From an uncultured delta proteobacterium (GTDB taxonomy: Bacteria; Myxococcota; Kuafuiibacteriia; Kuafuiibacteriales; Kuafuiibacteriaceae), in the NCBI GenBank assembly GCA_963803435.1, contig CAWDML010000009.1:1536001-1600000 (forward strand): a stretch of DNA of 64,000 nucleotides. The letters are read 5' to 3'. The position numbers and the translations under genes are program-made. This document shows, one piece after another, positions 9,457 through 20,292 of this stretch. The notes under the pieces were generated by a model. It was not told the origin of the DNA. It was given only the letters and a program-made list of their open reading frames with translations, and made no database searches. Every line of letters begins with the position of its first letter. The first letter of the stretch is position 1.

Positions 9457-11348
9457 GGCGGGCCCGGCTGCTCCTCTTGCTCCCTCTCCTGCCCGCGTGC
9501 AACGCGAGCAACGCAAGGCCCCAGGAGCGCGCGCTAGTCGTGATCGCGATCGACGGCATGGATCCCGAGCTCCTCCACCGCTTCTCCGCCGCGGGCCGCA
9601 TGCCGAACTTCGACGCGATGGCCGCGGAGGGATCGTCGTTCGACCTGGCCACCAGCAACCCGCCGCAGAGCCCGGTCGCCTGGTCGAGCTTCATCACCGG
9701 CGAGCACTCCGACGTGCACGGGATCTACGACTTCCTCCACCGCGATCCGCACACGCTCATCCCCTACCTCTCCACCTCGAAGGCCGAGGGCCCGAGCTTC
9801 GTGCTCGAGCTGGGTGATGTGGCCGTCCCCTTCGGCGGCGAGGTGAAGCTCCTCCGTCACGGTCAGCCCTTCTGGTCGGAGCTCGCCGAGGCCGGGATCC
9901 CGGTGACGGTGGTGAAGGTGCCGGCGAACTATCCGGCGATCGAAGAGAGCAGCGCCGAGGTGCTCTCGGGCATGGGCACGCCCGACCTGCTGGGAACGCC
10001 CGGCCTGTTCCAGCTCTTCACCACCGATCCCGCGATGATCGGCAAGGAGGTCAGCGGCGGCCGCATTCACGCGCTCGAGTTCGCCACCGGCCGGCGGGGC
10101 ACGGGCCTCCTGGACGGCCCGCCCAACCCCTTCTCCGCCTCCGGCGAGCCGATGCGCCTCCCCATCGAGGTGATCGCGGAGGATCGTCTCGACGCCGCCA
10201 TGGTCCGGATCGGCGACGCCCAGCGCCTGCTCGCCAAGGGCGACTGGAGCGACTGGATCCCGATCGAGTTCTCACCGGCTCCGGTGGTCCCCGCAATCCA
10301 GGGGATGGTGCGCGCCCACCTGATCTCGCTCGGCGAGCAGGTCACGCTCTATCTCTCGCCGATCAACATGAACCCCGAGGATCCGGCCCAGCCGATCTCG
10401 GCGCCGCCCGAGTACGCCGCCGGCCTCGCCCGCGACGTGGGCCGCTTCTACACGCAGGGCATGCCGGAGGACACCAAGGCCCTCCTCTCCGGCGCGCTCG
10501 ACGACGACGCGTTCCTCGCGCAGTCGCACCTGGTGTTCGAGGAGCGCAAGGCCATGCTCGAGCGCGAGCTCGATCGCTTCGAGGGCGGCTTCCTCTTCGT
10601 CTACTTCTCCGACGTCGACCTGGTGAGCCACACGTTCTGGCGCGGGATGGAGCCCGACGCCAGCGAGGCCGATCGGCGCTACGCCCACGTGATCCCGGAT
10701 CTCTACGCCGAGATGGACCGCGTGCTGGGCGAGGTCCGGGCCCGCGTCGGCGACCGCGCCGCGGTGGTGGTGATGTCCGATCACGGCTTCGCCTCGTTCC
10801 GCCGCGAGGTGAACCTCAACACCTGGCTCGTCCAGCGCGGCCTGCTGGTGCCGCTCGACCAGCCTGCGCCGGGCCCGCTCGGGCACGTCGACTGGTCGAA
10901 GACCCGCGCCTATGCGGTCGGCCTCAACCTCCTCTACCTCAACCGTAAGGGCCGCGAGCCCCACGGCATCGTCGGCGGCGCCGAGGCCGACCGGCTGCTC
11001 TCCTGGATCCAGCAGGAGCTCGAGTCGCTCCGGGATCCCGAGAACGGCGCGCGCGTGGTCTCACGGACGTACCGGCCTGCACGCACGCCGTACACGGATC
11101 GCCGGCCGGATCTGATCGTCGGCTACGCCCGCGGCTACCGGGCCGCCGACGCCTCGGCGCTGGGGCGGATCGGCCCTCGGGTCGTCGAGCCCAACACGAG
11201 CAAGTGGAGCGGCGACCACTGCATGGATCCGGCGCTGGTGCCGGGGGTGCTGGTGAGCAGCGTGCCGCTCGAGGCGCGCGACTGGTCGCTCGTCGATCTG
11301 GCGCCCTGGATCCGCTCGTACTTCGACGAGCCGGCGCTCAATCATTGA
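9453..11348 (+). CDS. Nucleotide pyrophosphatase/phosphodiesterase (alkaline phosphatase family)
   Basis: ATGA overlap with the upstream stop; AIDGMD, PPQSPVAWSSFITG, MSDHGF, WSGDH. Confidence 0.85.
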   Translation: MRRARLLLLLPLLPACNASNARPQERALVVIAIDGMDPELLHRFSAAGRMPNFDAMAAEGSSFDLATSNPPQSPVAWSSFITGEHSDVHGIYDFLHRDPHTLIPYLSTSKAEGPSFVLELGDVAVPFGGEVKLLRHGQPFWSELAEAGIPVTVVKVPANYPAIEESSAEVLSGMGTPDLLGTPGLFQLFTTDPAMIGKEVSGGRIHALEFATGRRGTGLLDGPPNPFSASGEPMRLPIEVIAEDRLDAAMVRIGDAQRLLAKGDWSDWIPIEFSPAPVVPAIQGMVRAHLISLGEQVTLYLSPINMNPEDPAQPISAPPEYAAGLARDVGRFYTQGMPEDTKALLSGALDDDAFLAQSHLVFEERKAMLERELDRFEGGFLFVYFSDVDLVSHTFWRGMEPDASEADRRYAHVIPDLYAEMDRVLGEVRARVGDRAAVVVMSDHGFASFRREVNLNTWLVQRGLLVPLDQPAPGPLGHVDWSKTRAYAVGLNLLYLNRKGREPHGIVGGAEADRLLSWIQQELESLRDPENGARVVSRTYRPARTPYTDRRPDLIVGYARGYRAADASALGRIGPRVVEPNTSKWSGDHCMDPALVPGVLVSSVPLEARDWSLVDLAPWIRSYFDEPALNH

Positions 11349-13521
11349 AGTAGCCCATCGCCTTGAGGTGCTCCTTGAGCTCGGGATCGATCTTCGCGTC
11401 GGGCGCCAGGTGGCGCTTCCGCCGCTCCAGCCCCGCCAGCCGCTGCACCTTCTTCGGCACCGACAGCCCCTCGAACAGATAGAGCGAGAGCGTGCGGTGC
11501 ACGATCGGGAGCGCTTCCGAGAGATCCTTCTCCTCGTTTGGATCGGCCTCGACGTCGTAGAGCTGATCCGGCGCGTCTTCGGTCGCGATCAGCTTGTACC
11601 GACCGAGCCGGATCGAGCGCTCCAGATCCTGGCGCTCGCTGATCGCGCAGGGCGGGTTGAGCGCCTGGTGGCCCTGGACGGCGGCCACGAGCGAGAGGCC
11701 CTCGAGGTCGGACATCGGCGCCACGCCCAGGACCTCCAGGACCGTGGGTGTGAGATCGACCAGGCTCACGATCTGGTCCACCTGGGCGCCGGCCGGGAAC
11801 ACGCCGGGCGCGCGCACCAAGAGCGGTGAGCGAACCAGCTCCTCGTGAAGCGATTGGCCGTGGCCGAGCTGCCCGTGGTCGAACAGCTCCTCGCCGTGAT
11901 CGTTGGTCACGACCAGGAGCGTCGAGTCGAGCAGGCCGAGCTCTCGAAGGCCGTCGATGAACCGGCCGAAGTAGGCGTCGTGGTAGCTGATCTCTCCGAA
12001 GTACTGCCCCGTGAGGTATGCGCGATCGAGCGCGCTCAGGCGAAGCTTGCCGTCGTTGTAGTCGTCGTGCTCGTAGCCGGAGATCGCGAGCCCGAGATGG
12101 CCGCGGTATGTGCCGTCGAAATACATGTGCAGGTACCGGCTCGGCGCCTGATAGGGGACGTGCGGATCGACGGTCTGGACGTAGAGGAAGAAGGGCTTCT
12201 CGGGATCCTGCCCGCGGACCCAGGCGAGGACGTCCCGATACACGAACTCGGCCTGCGTCTTCTTGTGCTCGCGTGGGAAGTTGACGTAGCGGTCCCAGCC
12301 TCGATCGAAGCCGAATCGATCCGACACGTATCCGTTGGCGGAGAACAGCGCGGTGGTGAAGCCCCGCGCGCGGAGGTGCTCGGGGAGGAGCGGGACGTCG
12401 TCGGGGAGCATCGCCTCCTCGGTGAACGCGCCGTGCGTCGAGGGATAGAGCCCGGTCAGGATCGACGCGACCGACGGCTTGGTCCATGGCGCGGTCGTGT
12501 ACGCGGAGGTGAAGAGGGTCGAGTCCGCGGCCAGCGCCGCGAAGTGCGGCATCTTCACGCGTGTCTTCGGGTTGAACGCCGAGACCGCGTCCCGGCGGAG
12601 CGTATCGATCACCACGAAGATCACGTTCTTCAGCCGGCCCTTCCGGGGCAGCGTCGCGGGCCGCAGCGCCGGACCCGGCACCACCACATGTGGCTCTCCC
12701 CAGGCGGCGCGACCGGCCTCGCCGTCCGTCACCAGATCGAGGCGCACGATCTCGTGGGCCAACGGCGAGAGATCGACCGAGCCCTCGGTCCACACGCCGA
12801 CCTTCGACTCGGCCGAGAAGAGGCGCTCGCAATCGTGTCCGTCGCGGGCGGCGTAGACCTCGAACTCCACCGGCCGGTCCGCGCCGTAGTCGAACACCAG
12901 CCGGCCCTCCTCGGGCACCTGGAGGAAGTACGACAGCGCCCGGGGCGGATCCGCCACCAGCGCCTGTCGCGGCGCTCCGAAGGTCACAGTCTCCACCTTG
13001 GGCGCCAGCGTCTCCGGCGTCTCCTCGCCCCGGCCGCGGAGCCGGACCCAGTCGATCTCCACGCCCCGCGTGGGACCGATGGCGAGCCGGTGGATCCCAG
13101 GCCCGATCGCTGCGCTCAGTCGCAGCTCGACCGTCTGCCAGTCCTGGCTCAACCGGCGGCGGCCGACCCGCTTGCCGTCGATCGCGACGCCGATGGTGTG
13201 GCGCCGCTTCGGCGCCCGGGCCCGCACCAGCACGCGCGCGACGGAGGAGCGGTTGGCGAACACCAGCCCGAGCTCGCCGGGCGGAGAGAACGGATCGAGG
13301 TACTTGTGCTCGTCGGGCGATCCCAGATCGATCGTGAGCCCGGCGGAGCGAAGCTCGGCGCGCGCCGCCTCCTTCGCCAGATCGCGCACCGGGTGGGTCC
13401 CGATTCGGGCGGACGGCGGCGCGGGCGGCGCAGTCGCCGGCTCGACGGGCGCTGCGCTCGACGGCTCGCTCGGGCAGCCGGCGATCAGGCCGAGCAGGCA
13501 CAACCACCACCACCGCGTCAT
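11338..13521 (-). CDS. Sulfatase-like hydrolase with N-terminal beta domains, lipoprotein
   Basis: MTRWWWLCLLGLIAGC lipobox, VIDTLRRD, PWTKPSVASILTG, DPHVPY, NDHGEE, LKAMGY. Confidence 0.85.
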   Translation of the reverse strand: MTRWWWLCLLGLIAGCPSEPSSAAPVEPATAPPAPPSARIGTHPVRDLAKEAARAELRSAGLTIDLGSPDEHKYLDPFSPPGELGLVFANRSSVARVLVRARAPKRRHTIGVAIDGKRVGRRRLSQDWQTVELRLSAAIGPGIHRLAIGPTRGVEIDWVRLRGRGEETPETLAPKVETVTFGAPRQALVADPPRALSYFLQVPEEGRLVFDYGADRPVEFEVYAARDGHDCERLFSAESKVGVWTEGSVDLSPLAHEIVRLDLVTDGEAGRAAWGEPHVVVPGPALRPATLPRKGRLKNVIFVVIDTLRRDAVSAFNPKTRVKMPHFAALAADSTLFTSAYTTAPWTKPSVASILTGLYPSTHGAFTEEAMLPDDVPLLPEHLRARGFTTALFSANGYVSDRFGFDRGWDRYVNFPREHKKTQAEFVYRDVLAWVRGQDPEKPFFLYVQTVDPHVPYQAPSRYLHMYFDGTYRGHLGLAISGYEHDDYNDGKLRLSALDRAYLTGQYFGEISYHDAYFGRFIDGLRELGLLDSTLLVVTNDHGEELFDHGQLGHGQSLHEELVRSPLLVRAPGVFPAGAQVDQIVSLVDLTPTVLEVLGVAPMSDLEGLSLVAAVQGHQALNPPCAISERQDLERSIRLGRYKLIATEDAPDQLYDVEADPNEEKDLSEALPIVHRTLSLYLFEGLSVPKKVQRLAGLERRKRHLAPDAKIDPELKEHLKAMGYFND

Positions 13522-16005
13522 CGCGCCTCCGTCACCTGCACGAAGATCGGGCTCGCCCAGACCACGTCGGTCCCCTGGATCCCGGACCCCTGATGCGCAC
13601 GCACGTAGTAGCTGTGCCACCCGGGCGTGACGCCCTCGTCGCGGAAGCTGCCGCGCTGGTGCTCGCGACCGCCCTCGACGACGTCGATCTCCTGTCCGTC
13701 CCGGACCACCACGATCTGCTCGAGCGGCAGGGTCCCCTCGACCTCCCACTGGATCCGAGGTGAGCCCGAGAGCGTGACCTCCTCACCCTGCGGAACGCCC
13801 GCGATCGCGGTCAGGATCCACATCCGTGCGCCCGAGGTCGCGAAGGTCCGCCGCGCGTAGAGCGCGTCCCAGATCGCACCCCGCTCGTTGCGCGCGGCCA
13901 CCACGCCGGTGAGCCCGTGGTTCCAGGGATCCATCCGCCGCCCCACCCCGTGGTGCCAGAGGATGCCGTGCGCGTCGGAGCCGCCGACGAAGCCGAAGCG
14001 CAGGCCCATGCGCAGGCCGTCCACCGCGAACATCCCGCGCTTGGCGGCCCGCGTCGGCAGCGGCTGATGGCGCGGGTCCTCGAATGCGCCGTGCACCGAG
14101 ACGATCTCGAACTGCCGCTGGATGTTGGGATCCGCCTCCAGCCAGTCGGTGCCGGTCCAGCCGGTGTGGTGCGGCGCCGTGAACGCGTTCTCGGTGGCGA
14201 GGTCGTGCTGCAACAGCCGCGTGTTCGAGCACCCGTTCCGCGACTCGCATAACGGCGAGGGTGCGTCTGCGCGGAAGTAGACGATCTTGTGGCCGCACCC
14301 GCGGGGGACCGGGAGCGTCGTCCACTCGAAGGCATGGATGGCGGTGAACCCGTCCAGCGCGTCGAAGCGATCGGTGAGCCAGGCGGTCTCGTCGTGCTCG
14401 GAGAGCATCATCCGTGCGCCCACGACGTAATCGTGATCCGTCAGCGCTGCGAACTGATACCCGCGTGCTCGCGCGCGCGCGTAGATCTCGTCGGGCGGCC
14501 CGGTGCCATCGCTGACCGCCGAGTGCATGTGCACGTCACCGAAGTAGATCGAGGCGTGCGCGAACGCCTCCGAGATCCCCGACCTCACCGGGACCGGGTC
14601 GTACTTCTCGAGGTCGCGGCGGCGCTTCTTGGCGCGCGGCTGGCGCGCCAGCACCTGGAACTCCGGCGAGCCTCCGCCCTCCGAGAACGTGAAGCGCTCG
14701 AGCGCGACCTCGTGGCGGGCACGCCGCGCCAGCATGACCGAGCCGTCGGGCGCGAGCGCGAGATCCATCCTCAGTCCGCGGGCGCCCCAACCGCGCCGCG
14801 TCAGATTGAACGCAGGCTCGATGCCGTGCGCGTCAATCACGTGGAGGTACGCGCCGTGAGAGATCCGCGTGGCCAGCACCACGCGTCCGTCCCGGTCCAC
14901 CACCATCGCCGGCATCTCGGCGCCCTGCTCCTCGCCCTGCGGGAGGATCGCCTCCGCCGGATCGGCCGCGGCCAGCGCCTCGACGCGGCCCTCGCGCAGA
15001 CGGCGCAGCCGCCACCACTTCACCAGGCCGTGCTTCTCGCTCGAGTGGTAGGCGACCACCAGCCCCGCGGGCGTGGCCGCAATCGCCGGCGCCGCCTGGA
15101 TGCCCTCGCCGTCGTCGATGACCACGGGCGGCGCCCACGCGGTGCTGGTGCGCGCGGCGACGAAGACGTCGTAGTCGGGATCGAGCCGGCCGCTCGCCGA
15201 GTCGTCGACCAGCGTGTCCCAGGCGACGTGCACCACGCTCGAGGTGACCGCGAGGGCCGGCCTCCGAATCGAAGGGACCCGGCGACACCATCTCCATCCG
15301 GCCGAGCGGCGCGCCCTGGGCGTCGAAGCGCCGGTAGGCGATGCGCGACGACAGCGGCGACGTGGTCTCCGAGGCCTCCCATGCCACGTGCAGGACACCT
15401 TCGGGATCGATCGCCAGGTCCGGATCGCAGTGCCGGCGCTGATCGCGCGGCGACGATCGCTTGGGCGAGACCAGGATGGGTGCGCCCGGGGCGCCCGGCG
15501 CGACGCGCATCAGATACACGTCCCTTCGGTGATCGCCGCGGGCGACCGGGCGGTCGCGGCCGCACCAGACCATCCAGGCCGCGCCGTCGGGGGCCACCTC
15601 GAGCCGCGGGTGCCAGGCCCGCTCGCCCTTCGTGAGGGCGCGGGCCGCCTGGAGCGGCATCGTCACGCCGGGGGCGCGCCGGATCGCGACGTGCTCCCGC
15701 GGACCCTGGCGCTGGATCCACGCCACCAAGAGGCGGCCGTCGGGCCGCACCGCCACCGTCGGGTCCTCGGCGCTCGGGCCTTCAGCCACCACCACCGGGA
15801 CGCCGCGCGTCACGCCGAGCCGGGTCGCGTCCACCGGCAGGCCCAGCCGACCGGTACCCATCGTCGCCGCCATCGCGATCGAGGCGGTCACCGCCGCGCC
15901 CGCATCGACCGGCGGAGTCGGGGGGCTCACCGCGGGCGGCGCCGCTTCGCAGCCCAGCAGGATGACGAGGAAAATCGAACCCGCGCCGGATGGTCCTCGC
16001 GCCAT
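13518..16005 (-). CDS. PHP/DUF3604-like metallohydrolase with N-terminal beta-propeller-like repeats (frameshift near 15270)
   Basis: YFGDVHMHSAVSDG, LTDHD, FEWT, GFVGGSDAH, LYARRTFATSG; N-terminal lipobox-like LLGC and repeats such as HPRLEVAPDG and DPDLAIDPEG lie in another frame. Confidence 0.75.
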
Positions 16006-16089
16006 GCGGTATACTATCGACACAAAAGTTCCGGATCCAAACCGAATTCGGATTTGCCGCCAAAAGTGTGGAGTGCGACTCTGCACTTT

Positions 16090-17193
16090 GTGATTCTGCC
16101 GCTCCTCGTCGCGATCGCTGCCCAGCCCGAGATGCACGGGCCCTACGCCGTGGAGACGCTCGACGTCGGATCCGTGGAGGCAGACGGCGTACAGATCCCC
16201 ACGCGCATCTACGCGCCGATGTCGGCCGAGCGGTTCCCGGTGGTCGGCGTCATCCACGGCGCCCAGCGCACCGGCGCCAATCAGGCCGTGCTGGCCGAGA
16301 CCTTTGCGAGCCACGGCTTCGTCGCGGTCGTCCCCGACATGCCGTGCGGCTTCCTCGGCTGCGATCACGACGCGAACGCGCGGCAGCTCTCCGCCCTCCT
16401 CGAGTGGGCGGTCACGACGAGCCCCGCCGCCGATCGCATCGACGGGACCCGGCGCGCGCTGGTCGGCCACTCGTGGGGCGGCCTCGCGGTGCACCTGGCG
16501 ACCGCCCGCGACCCCTCGATCGACGCGGTCGTCTGTCTCGATCCCAACGACGACGGAACGGTCGGCTACGACGCCGCCCCCGACGTCCAGGTCCCGAATG
16601 CCGCCCTGATGGCCGCGGTCTCCGGCAATTGCAACGCCACCGACTGGGGCGCGAACGTCTACCCGCGCACAGGTGCGCCGCACCTTCGCGTGCGCGTCGT
16701 CGGCGCCGCCCACTGCGACGTGGAGGATCCCAGCGACAACCTCTGTCCGATCGCCTGCGGCTCCGGCGATCCGACCCTCGCCTACGTCTTCCGCCGCTAT
16801 GCGATCGCCTTCGTCTCGTGCGTCCTCACCGGCGAAGACGCCGAGTGGATCGGCGGGAGCAGCATGACGACCGACGAGGCCGGCGGCACGATCGACGGGG
16901 TCGATCAGCGGGGCCTCGAGGCCCTCCCCTGCCGCCACGGCCTCCCCCCCGACGACGCCGGCGTCGCACCGACGGACGCCCAGACCGGGCTCGACGCGCA
17001 AGCCACCCCCGACGACGCCGGCACGATCGACGCCGGCGCCCCACCCCCGAAGCCGAGCGACTCCGGGTGCCAGACCGTCGCCCCGGACACCAGCGCCGGG
17101 CTACTCCTCGGGCTCAGCGCGCTCTTCCTCCGCAAGCGACGCGGCGCGGCCCAGCCCCGAATCTCGGCGTGGGCGTGCTTCGCCGTGACGTGA
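16090..17193 (+). CDS. Secreted alpha/beta hydrolase (chlorophyllase/dienelactone-hydrolase-like) with MYXO-CTERM-like tail
   Basis: VIHG, FASHGFVAVVPD, nucleophile elbow GHSWGG, GAAHCD; Pro/Asp-rich linker, then SGC + hydrophobic segment + RKRR. Confidence 0.75.
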   Translation: MILPLLVAIAAQPEMHGPYAVETLDVGSVEADGVQIPTRIYAPMSAERFPVVGVIHGAQRTGANQAVLAETFASHGFVAVVPDMPCGFLGCDHDANARQLSALLEWAVTTSPAADRIDGTRRALVGHSWGGLAVHLATARDPSIDAVVCLDPNDDGTVGYDAAPDVQVPNAALMAAVSGNCNATDWGANVYPRTGAPHLRVRVVGAAHCDVEDPSDNLCPIACGSGDPTLAYVFRRYAIAFVSCVLTGEDAEWIGGSSMTTDEAGGTIDGVDQRGLEALPCRHGLPPDDAGVAPTDAQTGLDAQATPDDAGTIDAGAPPPKPSDSGCQTVAPDTSAGLLLGLSALFLRKRRGAAQPRISAWACFAVT

Positions 17194-17282
17194 CCAGGCC
17201 CGCAAGGGCCGAAGGCCCGCGCAGTGAGCCGCAGGCGAACGGAGGTCACCCGGCGAACTTGCTTCGCCGTTACGTGACCAGG
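17176..17282. repeat. Small structured insertion flanked by a 23-bp imperfect direct repeat
   Basis: tgcttcgccgtGacgtgaccagg (17176-17198) and tgcttcgccgtTacgtgaccagg (17260-17282) enclose hairpins cccgcaaggg and gggccgaaggccc plus a partial inverted copy ggtcacccggcgaa. Confidence 0.75.
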
Positions 17283-18809
17283 ACCGGAGTCAGCGTGACG
17301 TCGGCCTTGCGGCAGAGGGGGCAGGTCACGCCGGTGAGGCCGACGGTCGCGCCGGCGCGCACCTGGTCGAGGACCTTGGCGACAGCCTTGGGGATGCCGT
17401 CGGCGCGGACGTCGCCGCCGCAGCTCGGACACCGGGGGCGCTCCGCGAGGTCGGCGATCTCGAACGCGAGATCGAGCCGCACCGACTGGCCGAGCGCGCC
17501 GTCGCCCAGATGCTGTCGCATCATGCTGCGGTCGCCGGGTGGGTTGAGCCGCACGACCGAGACCAGCTGGTCCTCATACTTGCACCAGTAGGGGTGGCGC
17601 GCCGCGATCAGTCCCATGGGGCCGGGCACGCCGCCCAGATCGATGCGCCCGAAGGTGGTCCGGCACGCGCCGCAGGACAGCTCCACCAGCAACGGCTCGC
17701 GGAGCATTTCGTAGAGCTCGGCGGTGTCGCGCGGAACGACCGTCTCCCCGCGGGCACTGGGCAGGCGCGGCGGGCGGAGGTCGCGGCTCGCCTCGAAGGC
17801 GGCCACCTCGAGCGGGAGCTCCTCGAGGGCGGAGGCCTTTCGAGGCGGCGGCTGGAGATCGATCTCGGGGGGCTGCTCCGCCTTCTTGTCTAGGAGATCC
17901 TCGGTGTCGATCTCGTCCGCCTGCGTTCCGTGCGCAGCGATGTCGAACGTGAGCACGCCGCTGGTGGCCGAGACCTCGTCCCAGATGAACTGCTCGCTGC
18001 CCTCGAGCGCATCGTCGTCGACCACGATGTCGATCGAGATGTCGCCGCTGTCGAGCTTCTCGTTGGTGACCGGCAGCTGATCGACCTGCTTCCTGAGCTC
18101 GGTCGCCGGGGCTGGCTCGAAGATCTCGGGCCCCTCGCCGGTGGTGACGAACTCGAGGAAGTGGGCCCTGCCGATTCGGCGACAGCGCCAGCTTGATCTC
18201 CATCCCCTTGGGCGCCTCGGTGCAGACGCGCTCCACCGTTCCGGTGAGAAAGTACTCCTGCTCGGTGTCCGGATGGATCACGACCAGCCCAACCTCGGCG
18301 CCGGCTTCCTTGATCACCGGCGTCGCCATGTAGAGGCCGCCCTTGGCGACGTTCTTCTCGTAGAACTCGAGCAGGCGCGCCGAGTCCTTGAGCTTGATGA
18401 GGAAGGTCGCGACGTCCGGCTTGCGCTGCGCCAGGTCGCCCGTCGAGGGCGGTGGCGCGATCCCGGAGAGCTCGAAGACGAACGCGTCCCACCGCTCCTT
18501 CGAGGCGGCCGAGAGCGCGAAGAACTGCACGCCCACGCCCGGCGTGCGACCGCCCGGCTTCACGGTGCGCGCCACGAACGCGGTCGCAGGGAGCGGTCCC
18601 GACGGAATCTTGATGCTGAGCTGCAGCAGGAATCGCTCGCGCGGCGGATCGTCGGTGGCGATGAACAAGCCGTGCCGACTGACATCCACCGTGTGCAGCG
18701 CTCGACGGCGAGGGCCTTCGATCAGCTCCACCGGAAGCGTGATCCGATGGCGCGGGCTCCGGCGCTGCTCCCCTCCCCCACGAGCCGGCTTCTGTACCCC
18801 GACTCCCAT
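17270..18809 (-). CDS. Tandem PilZ-domain protein with C-terminal Cys-rich region (frameshift near 18170)
   Basis: RRSPRH..DVSRHGLFI (RxxxR and DxSxxG), a second myxobacterial-type PilZ (NVAKGGLYMAT), C-terminal CGAC, CPSC, CPLC. Confidence 0.7.
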
Positions 18810-18878
18810 CGTCGCCGGCATGACATCAGGAAACCCACCCGCCAGAAAGGGAGAAAGCGTCCCACATCGTCGATGACC

Positions 18879-20292
18879 TCAACGCGAGACGTAGAAGTTA
18901 CGGTTTCGCCGGTTCTCGTCGACCTTCAGGGGCGCCAGGAGGGGCGGGAAGGCACGCTGATCACAGTCTGGGCGCTCGCAGACGCGGCACGCCACGCCGA
19001 TGTCGACCGCCGGGCTCTCGAGGTCGATGCCGTCGGCGTAGACCAGCTCCTTGGCGTAGCGGACCTCGCAGCCGATGCCCACGGCGTGGAGCGCGTGGGG
19101 GGCGTGGTAGCCGCCGCTGTTGTCGCGCACGGTCCGGGCCACCGAGAAGAAGCGCATCCCGTCGGTCATCTCGGAGATCTGCACGCGCACCATGCCCGGG
19201 GTGAGGAACGCCGCGTGCTCGTTCCAGCGCGGGCAGGCGCCGGAGAAGCGCGCGAAGCGGAACCCGGAGTTGCTGAAGCGCTTGCTGATGTTCCCCGCCA
19301 CGTCGATGCGGAGCATGTGGAACGGGATCCCCTCCGAGCCGGGTCGAGACATCGTGGTCAGCCGATGGCACACCTGCTCGAAGCTGGTGCGGAAGCGGTG
19401 GCCGAGGAGCTCGATGTCGTGGCGCGCCTCGCGCGAGGCCTCGAGGAAGGGCTGGTACGGCATCAACACCGCGCCAGCGAAGTAGTTGGCGAGCGCCACG
19501 CGGCAGAGCGCCCGCGACTCCTCGGTGGTCAGCGACTGATCGCGCGCGATGCGATCGAGCGTGTTCGAGTGGTCGAGGAGCCCGATCTGATGCGCGAGCT
19601 GGAAGTTGCGGGTGCGCGGCGCCAGGGTCTCGGAGAGCGTGATCGCGTGCGTGTTCGGATCGTAGATGCGGACGGCGCCGTTGAGCGCATCCTCCTTCTC
19701 CACCTTCACCGCGATGCCATGGACGCTGTCGAGATAGTCGATCAGCCCCCGATACATGTCGTTCCCATCGAGGCGCGCGACCCGCCAGAAGAGGTCGGCG
19801 GCTTCCTCGAGATCCGGGAAGTAGTTCTTGTGGCGCTGGATCGAGATCGCTGACCTCCTCGGAGGGCATCGCGGCCTGCACGCTGGTGCCCTCCTCCGAG
19901 AGCTGGTTCGCGATGGCGCTGGCCGAGTCGCGGGCAGCGCGGAACGCCTGATACAGCGTGATGATCGCGCGGGCGAGGTTGGGGTTGTTGGTGGCGAGCT
20001 CGCGCACGTCGGAGCTGGTGAGCAGATGCGCCTCGAACATCGGATCCGAGAAAGCCTCCATGAGGTCGGAGACCATCTGCCCCTCGTCGTCATCCGCGAA
20101 GGATTGGATGTCGATGTTGAAGAGCTGCGCGATCTTGATCAGGAGCTGGGCCGACAGCGGGCGCCGATTGTGCTCGATCAGGTTCAGGTAGCTGGTGGAG
20201 ATCCCTATCCGCTCCGCGAGCTGGACCTGAGTCAGACCCTCCCGCCGGCGAAGGCCGCGGACCTTCGCGCCGAGCTTGGGCGCATCCGCCAT
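18879..20292 (-). CDS. Short-chain fatty acyl-CoA regulator (RamB/PrpR/ScfR family XRE regulator; frameshift near 19845)
   Basis: N-terminal XRE HTH (LTQVQLAERIGISTSYLNLIEHNRR), FQLAHQIG, ANYFAGAVLMPY, SFEQVCHRL, GNISKRF, GACPRW, CRVCERPDCDQRAFP; divergent from aceBA. Confidence 0.9.
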
